From NCBI GenBank assembly GCA_020053305.1, contig JAGVNJ010000009.1, forward strand, positions 10,426 to 74,425: 64,000 nt of DNA, in the 5' to 3' direction. Position 1 is the first letter of the stretch. Each line of letters begins with the position of its first letter. The position numbers and the translations under genes are program-made. Positions 53,913-63,755 of the stretch are shown piece by piece. The notes under the pieces were generated by a model, which saw only the letters and a program-made list of their open reading frames with translations, was not told the origin of the DNA and did not search any database. The DNA comes from Candidatus Edwardsbacteria bacterium (GTDB taxonomy: Bacteria; Edwardsbacteria; AC1; EtOH8).

Positions 53913-54788
53913 TTATTCTACGTTCTGGGACTGTTCCCTCATTTTCTCCAGGTTCTCCTTTATCCGGACCACCAGCTGGGATATCCTGTCGTCGTTGGCC
54001 TTGGAGCCGATGGTGTTGGCCTCGCGGTTGATCTCCTGCAGCAGGAAGTCCAGCCGCCGGCCCACCGGCTGGGCGGTGTCCAGGTATCCCTCAAAGGCCT
54101 TTATATGGCTGGCAAAGCGGACGCATTCCTCGCTGATGTCGCACTTGTCGGCGTAGGCCGCCGCCTCCTGCATCAGCCGCTGGGGGTCCAGGGTGGTTCC
54201 CTGGGAGATCTTTTTAAGGCGCTGGGTGAACTTGTCGCGGAACTGCCGGATCCTCAAAGGGGCCGACTTTTCGATGGCGGCGATGCTCTTGTTCAGTTCG
54301 GCGATGTTCTTCCGAAGATCGGCCGACAGAACCGAGCCCTCGCGGGTCCTCATCCGGTCGAAATCGTCCAGGGCCTTCTTCAGGCAGTCCTGCAGACCGG
54401 ACCAGGCCTTGCCTTGTGACAGCGGGGCCTGGCGGCTCTTGAAGATCTCGGAGAAATGATAGATGTCCTCCAGTTCCACCGGGTCCTTGATGCGGTAACG
54501 CTTGCGCAGGGTGTTCAACAGCTTGTGAAAATGATCGGCGCTACGGAGGTCTATCTCCGGCAGTTCCGGCGCCTCGCCGCCGTTATAGGTGACATTCAGG
54601 CTGACCGAGCCACGGGCGATGCGCTTCTGCAGGAGTTTTTTGACCTCCGGCTCCAGGCTGGCAAAGGCCCGGGGCAGCCGGATGCCGAAGTCGGTGAAGC
54701 GGTTGTTCACCGAGCGTATTTCCATGGACAGGCGGGAACCGTTGAGGGTGGACTCCGCCCGGCCGTATCCGGTCATGCTTTTTATCAT
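53913..54788 (-). CDS. yicC: YicC/YloC-family endoribonuclease
   Basis: MIKSMTGYG, SVNNRF, GRRLDFLLQEINREANTIGSK and REQSQNVE motifs. Confidence 0.95.
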   Translation of the reverse strand: MIKSMTGYGRAESTLNGSRLSMEIRSVNNRFTDFGIRLPRAFASLEPEVKKLLQKRIARGSVSLNVTYNGGEAPELPEIDLRSADHFHKLLNTLRKRYRIKDPVELEDIYHFSEIFKSRQAPLSQGKAWSGLQDCLKKALDDFDRMRTREGSVLSADLRKNIAELNKSIAAIEKSAPLRIRQFRDKFTQRLKKISQGTTLDPQRLMQEAAAYADKCDISEECVRFASHIKAFEGYLDTAQPVGRRLDFLLQEINREANTIGSKANDDRISQLVVRIKENLEKMREQSQNVE

Positions 54789-54809
54789 AAAACCCCAATC
54801 TAAAGTCTT

Positions 54810-54837
54810 ATTATAGCACAAATTAGGGTGATGTCAA
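54810..54837 (-). promoter_or_regulatory. Consensus promoter of the yicC-gmk-rpoZ-coaBC-udg-dnaB operon
   Basis: TTGACA-16 bp-TATAAT with extended -10 TG. Confidence 0.8.
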
Positions 54838-54883
54838 CGGAAAATAAAAGACGGCCGATTTAAGGCCGCTACCGGAGGTACTG

Positions 54884-54949
54884 GTTCTTAACCCAGCCTT
54901 TCCTCCTTCGCTTAAATTACGGCGGACAAGTAAGGGCTGGGTTAAGAAC
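54884..54949. repeat. CTTAACCCAGCC...GGCTGGGTTAAG palindrome split by a ~30-bp insert
   Basis: Arms 54884-54901 and 54931-54949 match the uninterrupted copy at 57255-57284. Confidence 0.8.
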
Positions 54950-54964
54950 ACGCTTCAGGGCACG

Positions 54965-55082
54965 TCTCTGTGGCAAAAGCCTGTCATTCCTGTTCCCCGT
55001 TTTCACGAGGACATGTTTCACGGGAAAGGCAGGGACAACAGATTTAAAATCCCTCTGTGCTTTTGTGCGTTTTGTGGCAAAA
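54965..55082. repeat. Cluster of degenerate palindromic and short tandem elements
   Basis: GTCATTCC...GGCAGGGA; TTCACG twice; TGTGGCAAAA twice; TTTGTG repeats. Confidence 0.5.
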
Positions 55083-55087
55083 CCCCC

Positions 55088-55654
55088 TCACTCCCCGATC
55101 TCGATATCCATTATGGCCGGGGGTATCCGGGGAAAGGTCGAGCCAGTATAGTTTTCTCTGGCCTTGCTAACCGTCATTTTTAATTCCAGGGAAACAACCT
55201 TTGTAATCTCCTCCCCTTTGATAAGTCCGTCCTGGTCGCTATCCGCTATGATGAACCATTGACCGGAAGACAGGGACATGGCACTGTCGCACATCGGTTT
55301 ATAGCTGATCCCGAATTCCGCTGTTTTATACCCGGCCGGCAGGGCCGGCCGGCGGTTGACATACAGAACGCTGTCCTTCACATCGCGATATATCGAGATG
55401 GTGTCGCCGTTCCTGGAAACCAGCAGCATTCTTGCTGAATCCCCCTCCAGCCAGCCGAAGGAATCTGATACCTTCTGGTTCAGCCCGTTCAGCGCCTGCT
55501 CGGTCTGCATATATAGCTCGTGCCGGATCTGATTCTTGGCAAAAGCCCTGAGCGTCGGAATCAGCACCCCGAAGATCGCCGCCATCACTATGCCGAATAT
55601 GGTCAAGGCAATCACCATCTCCAGAAGCGACCAGCCGGAATGACCTTTTCGCAT
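55088..55654 (-). CDS. Type IV prepilin/pseudopilin (PilW/PulJ-like)
   Basis: G|WSLLEMVIALTIFGIV class III signal with Glu at +5. Confidence 0.8.
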   Translation of the reverse strand: MRKGHSGWSLLEMVIALTIFGIVMAAIFGVLIPTLRAFAKNQIRHELYMQTEQALNGLNQKVSDSFGWLEGDSARMLLVSRNGDTISIYRDVKDSVLYVNRRPALPAGYKTAEFGISYKPMCDSAMSLSSGQWFIIADSDQDGLIKGEEITKVVSLELKMTVSKARENYTGSTFPRIPPAIMDIEIGE

Positions 55655-55656
55655 GT

Positions 55657-56280
55657 TCAATCCTTCTTGATAATGAAACCGCTGTCGTTGATGTACAGCC
55701 CATAGGGCTCATCTGCGGGATACTGAAAGGCGGCGATCCCGTAGGCAGCGTCAATCAGCCTTGTCCGCTGTCCGTATTTGAGCAGGCTTCTCCACAACCC
55801 GCGATGGGAAGCATCGATCAAGTATCTGCCAGGCTTGAGCGTGCAGGTGTCGGATTCGTAACGCCCCGAGAACCGGTCGATCTTGTAATAGGCCCCGGCC
55901 CCCAGCCACCTCAGCAGCGGGTTCCAGCGGACGATGTATCCCTCGATCATCCACTGGTCGCCGTTCAATTGGAAATCGAACCTCCGGTCTGACTTAAGGT
56001 CGGCAAACTCCAGGACCAGACCCCGGCCCTCCTGCCGGGCGATGACGGTGCCGATCCGCTGGTCGTGCAGGTAGCGGTTGAGGGTCTGAACGAACAACGA
56101 CAGGAAAATGAAGGCCGCCGAAAGTATTGCCAGCACCGCCGAATTCAACAGCAGGTTGAAAGCCCGGCTGGGCCCGGCCTTTCGCTTGGCCAAGCGGCTG
56201 ACCAAGTAGATGAATACCAGCAGGGCGATCAGTCCGATTGTCAGGCCGATCAATCCGGTGGAAACGGCGAACTTGTCCAT
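55657..56280 (-). CDS. Hypothetical membrane protein
   Basis: Two N-terminal TM helices; GDQW, W and IDAAYG motifs. Confidence 0.75.
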   Translation of the reverse strand: MDKFAVSTGLIGLTIGLIALLVFIYLVSRLAKRKAGPSRAFNLLLNSAVLAILSAAFIFLSLFVQTLNRYLHDQRIGTVIARQEGRGLVLEFADLKSDRRFDFQLNGDQWMIEGYIVRWNPLLRWLGAGAYYKIDRFSGRYESDTCTLKPGRYLIDASHRGLWRSLLKYGQRTRLIDAAYGIAAFQYPADEPYGLYINDSGFIIKKD

Positions 56281-56281
56281 C

Positions 56282-57355
56282 TCATCTCCTTCTAATCATA
56301 TATATTATCAGCAGGGCCACCAGTCCCAGGCAGGCTGCCAAAGCGCCCAGGACGGTGTATTCCTTGGATGGGTATACATCGAACCTGCCTGACGGCATTT
56401 TGCCCATTTCCAAGCTATCAAACGGGATGCGGTTTATCGGTTGATTATATTTATCTTTGTTTTGCAGATAATCGGCAAAATGATCGAACCTAGGCCTGCT
56501 TTCATAGCCGATCAGCACATCATCATGCCGGATGGGGCTGCGACCGGAGATTTTAAAATAAAGTCCGCCCTGTCCGTCCTGACGAAATACTTCCCGGGGG
56601 TAGACCCCGTAAACCTGCGATGCTTTAAGCCCGCCTTTGAGGTTGATCTGCAGTTCGGTCTCCTGCAGCGGGCCGTCCCAGGCCCGGGCCTGCTCCAGCA
56701 GGAATCCCAGGAAGAACGAGCGGCGGACATTGCCGCCCCGGGACAGCTGGGCCGGGCCGGTCCTGAGCGCATAGGATATCCTTATAGTATCACGACTATG
56801 GGGCGGGATATCCATAATCCATCCATACCATTGGCTGACCGAATCGCGGTATGATTCGGGCAGGGAAAGATATATCTCGCTGGTTCGGAGATCGGGGTTG
56901 ATATTTTTTACCGCCAGCTCCCGCCCTTGCCAGGATATTTTCAGGTCGAATAGAGAATCCATTTTGACGACGGAGACCTCATGGTGGAAAAAACTTCCGC
57001 TTTTGGGGAGGCCCAAAGATAGTGTAATATTATTTTGACTGCGGTTTCCCAGAATGATCTCTGCGTTGACCACCGCCAGCCCGGGATAGAGGTCAACCAG
57101 TATTGCCTGCCTTTCCATGGAGGCCAGACCGTATCTGATGTCGTTCCGGGCCGGGACAGGAACAATGTTCCGGCCTATCCCCGCTCCCTGCAAAACCGGA
57201 GCGATGGCCCGCAAAGACCCGGCTGACAGGACCAGCAATGCTATAACACAGGTCCTTAACCCAGCCCTTAAGGGCTGGGTTAAGTAAACCCGTCGCATAC
57301 AGTCAAGGCCATTCATGGCCTTAGGTTTATCATAATTTGCTTTCATCTTTATCAA
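56282..57355 (-). CDS. Exported hypothetical protein with a C-terminal TM anchor (DUF4424-like)
   Basis: Signal-like segment; M..Q.I.VDL, I.ISY and W.GP motifs; C-terminal TM plus RRR; start uncertain. Confidence 0.65.
   Translation of the reverse strand: MIKMKANYDKPKAMNGLDCMRRVYLTQPLRAGLRTCVIALLVLSAGSLRAIAPVLQGAGIGRNIVPVPARNDIRYGLASMERQAILVDLYPGLAVVNAEIILGNRSQNNITLSLGLPKSGSFFHHEVSVVKMDSLFDLKISWQGRELAVKNINPDLRTSEIYLSLPESYRDSVSQWYGWIMDIPPHSRDTIRISYALRTGPAQLSRGGNVRRSFFLGFLLEQARAWDGPLQETELQINLKGGLKASQVYGVYPREVFRQDGQGGLYFKISGRSPIRHDDVLIGYESRPRFDHFADYLQNKDKYNQPINRIPFDSLEMGKMPSGRFDVYPSKEYTVLGALAACLGLVALLIIYMIRRR
57255..57284. repeat. Perfect 30-bp palindrome in-frame in the CDS N-terminus
   Basis: CTTAACCCAGCCCTT/AAGGGCTGGGTTAAG; encodes LTQPLRAGLR. 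Confidence 0.85.
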
Positions 57356-57369
57356 AGGGTAGCCTTAGC

Positions 57370-59505
57370 TCAGGCCTGCCAGAAGCGGTCTTCGAAATCC
57401 CGGCCCGGCACCTTGATGGCCAGGGGCGGGCCGTCGGGATGCTTCTCCAGTTCGTTGCCGCCCTCCTCCAGGGTTATCAGCAGGCTGAGGGTTTCTCCGG
57501 CCTTGGCCCCGGCCAGCTCAAAGGGCATCTTCATCTCCACGATCCGGTCGGCCGCCATCAGGCAGCCCTCCGGGCCCTGCTGCTCCTTTAAGCGGAAGAT
57601 CATGGTTCTGCGAACCGGGCTGAGCAGCTCAATTTTCAATTGGGCATTTCCCAGCGACCCCAGGGATGACCCGGGCGAAGGATCCAGCCGCAGGTAAAAA
57701 TTTCCGGCGTCGAATCCGAAGTGGACCGATTGAAAAAAACTCTGGCTGCGGCGCATGGCCCCGCCGTTGAGGTGGACATCGTAAATGCCGCTGCCCGACC
57801 ACTCGTAGAACTCGGTGATCCGGCCGTCGATGACCGGGGTTATGAAGGCGATGGGCTGGGACACCAGCTGGCGGTCCGCCCTCTCTTTGGCGATCGGCCG
57901 GAACAGCCGCTCCGGCGTCTCCATCTCCAGCAGTTTATACACCGCCCGGAGATGCCCCCGGAAAAGTTCGTCAAACTCGGCCAGGTTCTCGCTGGAGAAA
58001 TTTCCGCCGTACCACCAGCACCAGTCGCTGCCCTCGGCGGTGTAGATCTCCTCCATTACCCGGCGGTGTCTCTCGGTATCGCCCTCCAGGAATTGTTTTT
58101 TCTGCTGGACGGCCTGCCGGGCTTTGAGCAACTGCTCCCAGGCGTCGTTGTCCTCCTCGGCTCCGATCCATATCCGGAAATCGCTGTTTATCCAGGAGCC
58201 GGGAAACAGTTTTGTCAGGCTGGGCAGATCCTGCTGTTCGTCCAGATACTGACTGAAGGTGCAGCACCTCAGCTTTTGGCTGGATGACAGGCGGCCGTAT
58301 AGCTGGTTAAGGAATTCATGGCCGTCATCCGGAAAGAATTCCCAGACATTCTCGCCATCCAATATTATCGGGGCGATATGTTTTGCGGCCTCGGCCCCCA
58401 GTTTATCGGCCGAGTGTTCCAGCCGGCCCACCAGATCGCCTGCCGCCTGGGCCGGGTCCCAGTTGTAATAGTCAAAACCCAGCTTGTCGGAGATGACCCG
58501 GTCCCGAAAGAACAGACTGCAGTCGCCCAGACGATAAGGGCGATATAGAATCTCAGGATGGGCCGGCTCGTGCCCCTGGCGGAGATGCCGGCCAAGGGAT
58601 CTTTCCAGGATGCCCTCGTCGCTGGCCAGCCAGCGGACCCCGGCCTGTTCCATCAGCTCCACCGTCTCCCGGCTGACGCTGCCCTCGGAGGGCCACATCC
58701 CGGCCGGCCTCCGGTCGAAGATTCTCTCCATGTAATCCAGCCCCTGGGTGATCTGGGCCAGGGCATCCTCCGGAAAGACGAAGGCCGGAGGCAGGGTGGC
58801 TCCCGGCATTGATTCCCGGGCGATATTGCTGTCGCACAGCAACGGCAGGATGGGATGATAATAGGGGGTGGTCGATATCTCCATCTGTCCAGAATCCCAA
58901 GCCTTTTTATACAGGGGGACGATCGAGGCCAAAATGGCCTGCTGGCTGTCCCACAACAGCCCTTTGTCCTCTTCGGTAAAGTTGCTGCCTTTGGCTTTCA
59001 GCCGGGCCAACCGAGGGTCCTTTTGGAAATGGATCGGATCGGTCCAGCAAAGGTTGAACCAGACCTGCAGATCGCGGATATCCTGGACGGTGAACCGTTT
59101 GGCAATATCGGCCAGCTCCCCGGGCTTCGGGTTACGGCCCCGCTTGCCCAGCAGTTCGCGGTACCGGGGATGGACCTCCACCATGTTGGCCCAGTGGGCC
59201 ATGAAAAAATCCCGCAGCACGAAGAGCTTCTCCTCGTTGCTTAGGTCGGCGGCCGCCTTTTTACTGACCTCCAGATGCAGATCGCTGCAATTCCCCGTGA
59301 CATAATCCTGCAACTGTTCCAGCAATACCGGCACCAGATTGAAGGTCAGCTTTATATCAGGATACTGTTGGACAACGGAGGCCATGTCATAATAATCCTT
59401 CAGGGCATGCAATCTTACCCATGGTAGGCGAAAAACCCTGTTATCCGGCTCCCGGTAACAGGGTTGGTGCATGTGCCACAGAATTGCGACGTTTAGGGCA
59501 GGCAT
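57370..59505 (-). CDS. Glycoside hydrolase family 57 (amylopullulanase-like)
   Basis: WHMHQP, HPILPLL, WPSEG, LDGEN and AEGSDWCWW motifs; start re-called. Confidence 0.92.
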   Translation of the reverse strand: MPALNVAILWHMHQPCYREPDNRVFRLPWVRLHALKDYYDMASVVQQYPDIKLTFNLVPVLLEQLQDYVTGNCSDLHLEVSKKAAADLSNEEKLFVLRDFFMAHWANMVEVHPRYRELLGKRGRNPKPGELADIAKRFTVQDIRDLQVWFNLCWTDPIHFQKDPRLARLKAKGSNFTEEDKGLLWDSQQAILASIVPLYKKAWDSGQMEISTTPYYHPILPLLCDSNIARESMPGATLPPAFVFPEDALAQITQGLDYMERIFDRRPAGMWPSEGSVSRETVELMEQAGVRWLASDEGILERSLGRHLRQGHEPAHPEILYRPYRLGDCSLFFRDRVISDKLGFDYYNWDPAQAAGDLVGRLEHSADKLGAEAAKHIAPIILDGENVWEFFPDDGHEFLNQLYGRLSSSQKLRCCTFSQYLDEQQDLPSLTKLFPGSWINSDFRIWIGAEEDNDAWEQLLKARQAVQQKKQFLEGDTERHRRVMEEIYTAEGSDWCWWYGGNFSSENLAEFDELFRGHLRAVYKLLEMETPERLFRPIAKERADRQLVSQPIAFITPVIDGRITEFYEWSGSGIYDVHLNGGAMRRSQSFFQSVHFGFDAGNFYLRLDPSPGSSLGSLGNAQLKIELLSPVRRTMIFRLKEQQGPEGCLMAADRIVEMKMPFELAGAKAGETLSLLITLEEGGNELEKHPDGPPLAIKVPGRDFEDRFWQA

Positions 59506-59515
59506 GGCTTCTTTC

Positions 59516-60190
59516 TCATTCCGTCGGCGGAAGCATGGCCAGGGCCGACTTGGCCTTTTGGGCGTTCTGGTCGTCGGGATATTTGCCGAGGATCCCCTGA
59601 TAGGTCTCGCGGGCTTTGGCAATATTTCCCGCCGCCCGATAGCATCGGCCGGCTGCCAGCATGGCGTTAAGCGAAATATAGCTCTGTTTGGGATAACGCA
59701 GAGGGATCTGCAGGTACTCGTCGCCGGCTTTATTGAAATCGCCCGACTGCTCGTAACAGGCGGCCACCCCGCCGATGGCGGCCGACATCAGCAGATAGCT
59801 CTTGGGCTTGGCATTGACCGCCCGCTGGTAGTTTTTAAGGGCCTCATCCTGGTTGCGCATCTGAAAGTTCAGGTTGCCCAGGTTCACCATGGCCTCCTTG
59901 GCCGATTCGGTGCTGCCGAAGCGCTTGATGATGTCCTCGTAACCCTGGCGGGACTGCTGGGCGTCGCCGCTGAACAGGGCGGCATGGGCCGACCCCAGCA
60001 GCAGATTGGCCTGCCTTTCGTTCTTGGTCCGGTTCTGGGCCACGAAGAACAGCCCGATCACTATGATCAGGGCCCCCACCAGGACGGCCAGGATCTCGGT
60101 GCCGTAGCGCCGGAACAGATTGATGGTCTTGGCCATATCTTCGGCGAACTCATCGTGTTTTAACCGGTGCTTGCTGATATTATGCGACAC
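59516..60190 (-). CDS. YfgM-like membrane-anchored TPR protein
   Basis: LKHDEF N-terminus, a single TM helix, then TPRs. Confidence 0.8.
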   Translation of the reverse strand: MSHNISKHRLKHDEFAEDMAKTINLFRRYGTEILAVLVGALIIVIGLFFVAQNRTKNERQANLLLGSAHAALFSGDAQQSRQGYEDIIKRFGSTESAKEAMVNLGNLNFQMRNQDEALKNYQRAVNAKPKSYLLMSAAIGGVAACYEQSGDFNKAGDEYLQIPLRYPKQSYISLNAMLAAGRCYRAAGNIAKARETYQGILGKYPDDQNAQKAKSALAMLPPTE

Positions 60191-60281
60191 TTTAAGAAAT
60201 CTCCTTAATGTTCATGACTGTTTTATTCCGTCAGATGACAATTATATATGAATTGACCGGGGACTGTCAAGCCGAATAAGC

Positions 60282-61361
60282 CTATCGTATCCTCTGGCCG
60301 TCAGACTCCCTGAAGAGATGGGCTTCGGAAGATTTGAAATCAAGGTTGATAAAACTGTTCTGCTCCAGTTTGATATTGCCGAAGGTCCGGGCTATGACCT
60401 TGTACCCGTCCGGAGAAGTGGTATAGATCAGCGACTCCCCGCCCAACTGCTCCACCAGGTCCACCGTCGTCCTCAACCCCTGGCCTTCCCCGGCCAGGGA
60501 GATGTTCTCCGGCCTGATGCCCAGCAAAACCGGGGTTCCGTTCTCGGCCCCGGCGGAAACATGCGGCAGCTCCTTCTCGATCTGCTTGTTTTTAAAGGAA
60601 AACCGGCCTGCGGCGGCTGTCAGATTTCCCGGGATCAGGTTTATCCCAGGAGTGCCGATGAAATTGGCCACGAACAGATTGGCCGGGTCGTTGTAGATGG
60701 CCAGGGGCTCGCCCACCTGATGCAGCAGGCCGTCCTTGATGACTGCTATCCGGTCGCCCAGGGTCATGGCCTCGGTCCGGTCGTGGGTGACGTAGATGGC
60801 GGTGGTGTTCAATTGCTGTTGGAGCCTTTTCAGTTCGGCCCGGGTCTGGGTCCTGAGCTGGGCATCCAGATTGGAAAGCGGCTCGTCGAACAAAAAGACC
60901 TTGGGCGATTTGACGATGGCCCGGGCCAGAGCCACCCTCTGCCGCTGGCCTCCGGAAAGGGCCTTGGGTTTGCGGTCCAGGTATTTTTCCATATCCAGCA
61001 TCTCGGCGGTCCGGGCCACCCTGTCCTTGATCAGGGCCTTGTCCATTTTGGCCATCTTAAGCCCGAAGGCGATGTTATCGAACACCGTCATATGGGGGTA
61101 CAGGGCGTAGTTCTGAAAGACCATGGCCACGTTGCGGTCCTTGGGAGCGACATCGTTGACGATATTGTTGTCGATGTAAACGTTGCCCTCGGTGATCTCC
61201 TCCAGCCCGGCGATCATCCTTAGGATGGTGGTCTTGCCGCAACCGGATGGGCCCACCAGAACCAGAAATTCCCCGTTCTTAATTTTCAGATTCACCCGAC
61301 TCACCGCTGTGACCTTTTTGTCATATACCTTGGTCAGATTTTCAAGCAATACTTCAGCCAT
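60282..61361 (-). CDS. MalK/MsmX-type sugar ABC ATPase
   Basis: GPSGCGKT, VFQNYALYPH, LSGGQRQR and DEPLSNLD motifs; TOBE tail. Confidence 0.95.
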   Translation of the reverse strand: MAEVLLENLTKVYDKKVTAVSRVNLKIKNGEFLVLVGPSGCGKTTILRMIAGLEEITEGNVYIDNNIVNDVAPKDRNVAMVFQNYALYPHMTVFDNIAFGLKMAKMDKALIKDRVARTAEMLDMEKYLDRKPKALSGGQRQRVALARAIVKSPKVFLFDEPLSNLDAQLRTQTRAELKRLQQQLNTTAIYVTHDRTEAMTLGDRIAVIKDGLLHQVGEPLAIYNDPANLFVANFIGTPGINLIPGNLTAAAGRFSFKNKQIEKELPHVSAGAENGTPVLLGIRPENISLAGEGQGLRTTVDLVEQLGGESLIYTTSPDGYKVIARTFGNIKLEQNSFINLDFKSSEAHLFRESDGQRIR

Positions 61362-61381
61362 ATCCCCTGTCCTGTTATTTA

Positions 61382-62869
61382 TTAACCGTTTGCTTTAACG
61401 CTCAAAATGTCCAAATAGAAATTGTTCTTATGGGTCACGTCCATGGTGCAGCTGCATTTAAAGTTGATGAAATCCTCATTCTTCTGGCTGGCTATAAGAT
61501 ATTTCAGCCAATAGCGGTCACCTGGCTGGCTGTATTTGGGCAAAAGTAAATTCTCAAACTCACAGACCGGCGGCTGGTTGGCCGGGCCGTACGGCGCCCG
61601 CAAAAGCATCTCCGGCAGGATCGGAGTGATTTGATCCAGCCGGGCAAGTCTATGATCTGTTTTCTCCGACGGTTTCGATCTTAGGATCAGGTTTTGATTT
61701 TTAATTCCATATTTTCTCAGGGCCTCGATCAGCTCCTTCTCCCGGCCCTCGATGACCGTGAATCCGGCGGCCGGCTTATGGCCGCCATGCTGGAGGAAAA
61801 ATCCTTTCAGTTCGTTAAGCAGGGCCACAAAATCGAACGGCTCGAACCCCCGGCACTCCCCGGCGGTCAGGCCGTTCTTGCGGCCCAGGATGATCGCCGG
61901 ATGCCCGGTCCGGTCCCTGACCCCGCCGACCACCGGTCCCACTAAGCTCCAGGGCATTTGCTCATCGGCCAGCACTTTAAGAGGATTGGGATCGGCCAGG
62001 GCCGTTTCTGTCTTGGCCGCCACCTGGTCCTCCATTCGGTTCAGCCAAAGCTGTTCGTCCGAATAAAGCTCCTTCCAACGCTGGTGGTCGAAATCACCCT
62101 GCAGCAGTTCCAGTGTCTCATGGCGGAACCCTTGGGAAATGCCCGAGGATAGCAGGCCCACATAGGTCTGGGAGATTATCCTGGGCGACAGGCCCTGATC
62201 GCTGGATATCCCCAACAGGTCGTTCAACTGACCGATGACCTGGTTGTTCTCGATAAAATCCAGCCCAGCCCTGGCGATGTGCCAGTTCTCACCGGTCATC
62301 GGCACCCGGTCGGTGATGGTGGCCAATGCCGCCCAGGCTGTACGGTGGGGATATTCATTCAGCCAACCTTCCGACGGTTCCCCGTCCATCGCGGCCGCCA
62401 GGTAAAGGGCCACCCCGGCCCCGGCCAGGTCCGGACTGGGCCGAAGATCCTCCGGGATCTTGGGGTTGAGCAGGCAGACAGCCTTCGGCAGCCGGGGAGG
62501 AAGTTCGTGGTGGTCGGTGATGATAAGTTCCAGCCCTTTTGATGCGGCATATTCCGCCTCGTCAAGGCTGGAGATTCCGGAGTCCACGGTTATCAAAAGC
62601 GACACCCCTTTAGCCAGCAGCTGATCTATCACCTCACGATCCAGGCCGTAATGCGTGACCGACTTGGGGGGTATATAATAAATCGCCTTTGCTTTGTCCC
62701 TCAGGGCATCCAGCATGATGGCGGTGCTGGCAATGCCGTCAATGTCGTCATGGCCCCAAACGGCGACGAGCCGATTCTCCCGACAGGCCCGGTTTATGAT
62801 CTCCGCCGCTTTTTGCAGTGAAGCCCACCCGGCGGGGTTCATCGGTTTAGGAGCGTCAGAACCCGGCAT
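61382..62869 (-). CDS. Divergent RecJ-like DHH/DHHA1 phosphoesterase
   Basis: HDDIDG, HYGL, TVDSG, TDHH, NP, GAGVA, GGHKPAAG and PYG motifs. Confidence 0.8.
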   Translation of the reverse strand: MPGSDAPKPMNPAGWASLQKAAEIINRACRENRLVAVWGHDDIDGIASTAIMLDALRDKAKAIYYIPPKSVTHYGLDREVIDQLLAKGVSLLITVDSGISSLDEAEYAASKGLELIITDHHELPPRLPKAVCLLNPKIPEDLRPSPDLAGAGVALYLAAAMDGEPSEGWLNEYPHRTAWAALATITDRVPMTGENWHIARAGLDFIENNQVIGQLNDLLGISSDQGLSPRIISQTYVGLLSSGISQGFRHETLELLQGDFDHQRWKELYSDEQLWLNRMEDQVAAKTETALADPNPLKVLADEQMPWSLVGPVVGGVRDRTGHPAIILGRKNGLTAGECRGFEPFDFVALLNELKGFFLQHGGHKPAAGFTVIEGREKELIEALRKYGIKNQNLILRSKPSEKTDHRLARLDQITPILPEMLLRAPYGPANQPPVCEFENLLLPKYSQPGDRYWLKYLIASQKNEDFINFKCSCTMDVTHKNNFYLDILSVKANG

Positions 62870-62870
62870 G

Positions 62871-63755
62871 CTAGAAGTTGATCCCCATGGTCATGGCCTG
62901 GATGTTGCCCAGATCGCCGTAGGACCGGTAACCGTAGGCCACGCTGAGATCCCGGCGCCCCAGCTTGTTTATCTCGATCCCAAACCCCAAGGGAGAGCGG
63001 TCGGTCAGCTCGGGTACTTTTTCATATCCTATTTTCAGGTTCAGGCTGGGCAGCGGTGCGAGCTCCAGGGAAAGCGAGGGATAGCCGCCCTGCTCTTTCC
63101 TGATATTATATTGCGCCGAGCCGCTGATCTTGCCGTCAAGATATGTCGCTCCTGCTCCGGCCATATATGCCGTGTTCTGGGGATAACGGATATCATTGTT
63201 CCTGGGATGATCCGGCCCCAGGTCCTTGACCATCAGGCTGCCGGTGATCAGGCCCCTTTTATAACTCAGGGCGATATCCGAACTCCAGCCCCAGTCGTAG
63301 CGGTCCGGCAGGTTCAGCCGGGAGGATTTCAAGGTCAGGCCCAGCCCCCAGGCATCGGCCAGCACCAGGCCGTAGCCCAGCCCCAGGTTGGCGGCCTGCG
63401 ACTGGACGGTTCCCATAGGCCGGCCGTCCTCCGAATACCCGGCCAGGGTTCCCAGCGACCAGTAGCCCAGGCTCAGGGAGACCGTGCCGTACCTTCTGAC
63501 CGGGAGCACGGCGCTGGCCGAGCCCCCGTATACCTCCTGCCACCATTGGATCCCCGAGGCCGCCAGCGTCCGGTATTTGATGAAGCCCAGGGCTGAGGGG
63601 TTCTGCATCAGCCCCTGGGGTTCCCGGGATTGCAGGAAACATCCCTCGCCGAACACCACCTGTTCCGCAGTGGTAGGCAGGTCCCAGTAAAGTAATTGGG
63701 CCTGGGCTGTATGGGCCAGCACCATGGCCCATACTATTATAATAAATCTTTTCAT
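62871..63755 (-). CDS. PorV/PorQ-like outer-membrane beta-barrel
   Basis: Signal peptide, NPSALG, amphipathic strands, YGDLGN and terminal F. Confidence 0.7.
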   Translation of the reverse strand: MKRFIIIVWAMVLAHTAQAQLLYWDLPTTAEQVVFGEGCFLQSREPQGLMQNPSALGFIKYRTLAASGIQWWQEVYGGSASAVLPVRRYGTVSLSLGYWSLGTLAGYSEDGRPMGTVQSQAANLGLGYGLVLADAWGLGLTLKSSRLNLPDRYDWGWSSDIALSYKRGLITGSLMVKDLGPDHPRNNDIRYPQNTAYMAGAGATYLDGKISGSAQYNIRKEQGGYPSLSLELAPLPSLNLKIGYEKVPELTDRSPLGFGIEINKLGRRDLSVAYGYRSYGDLGNIQAMTMGINF

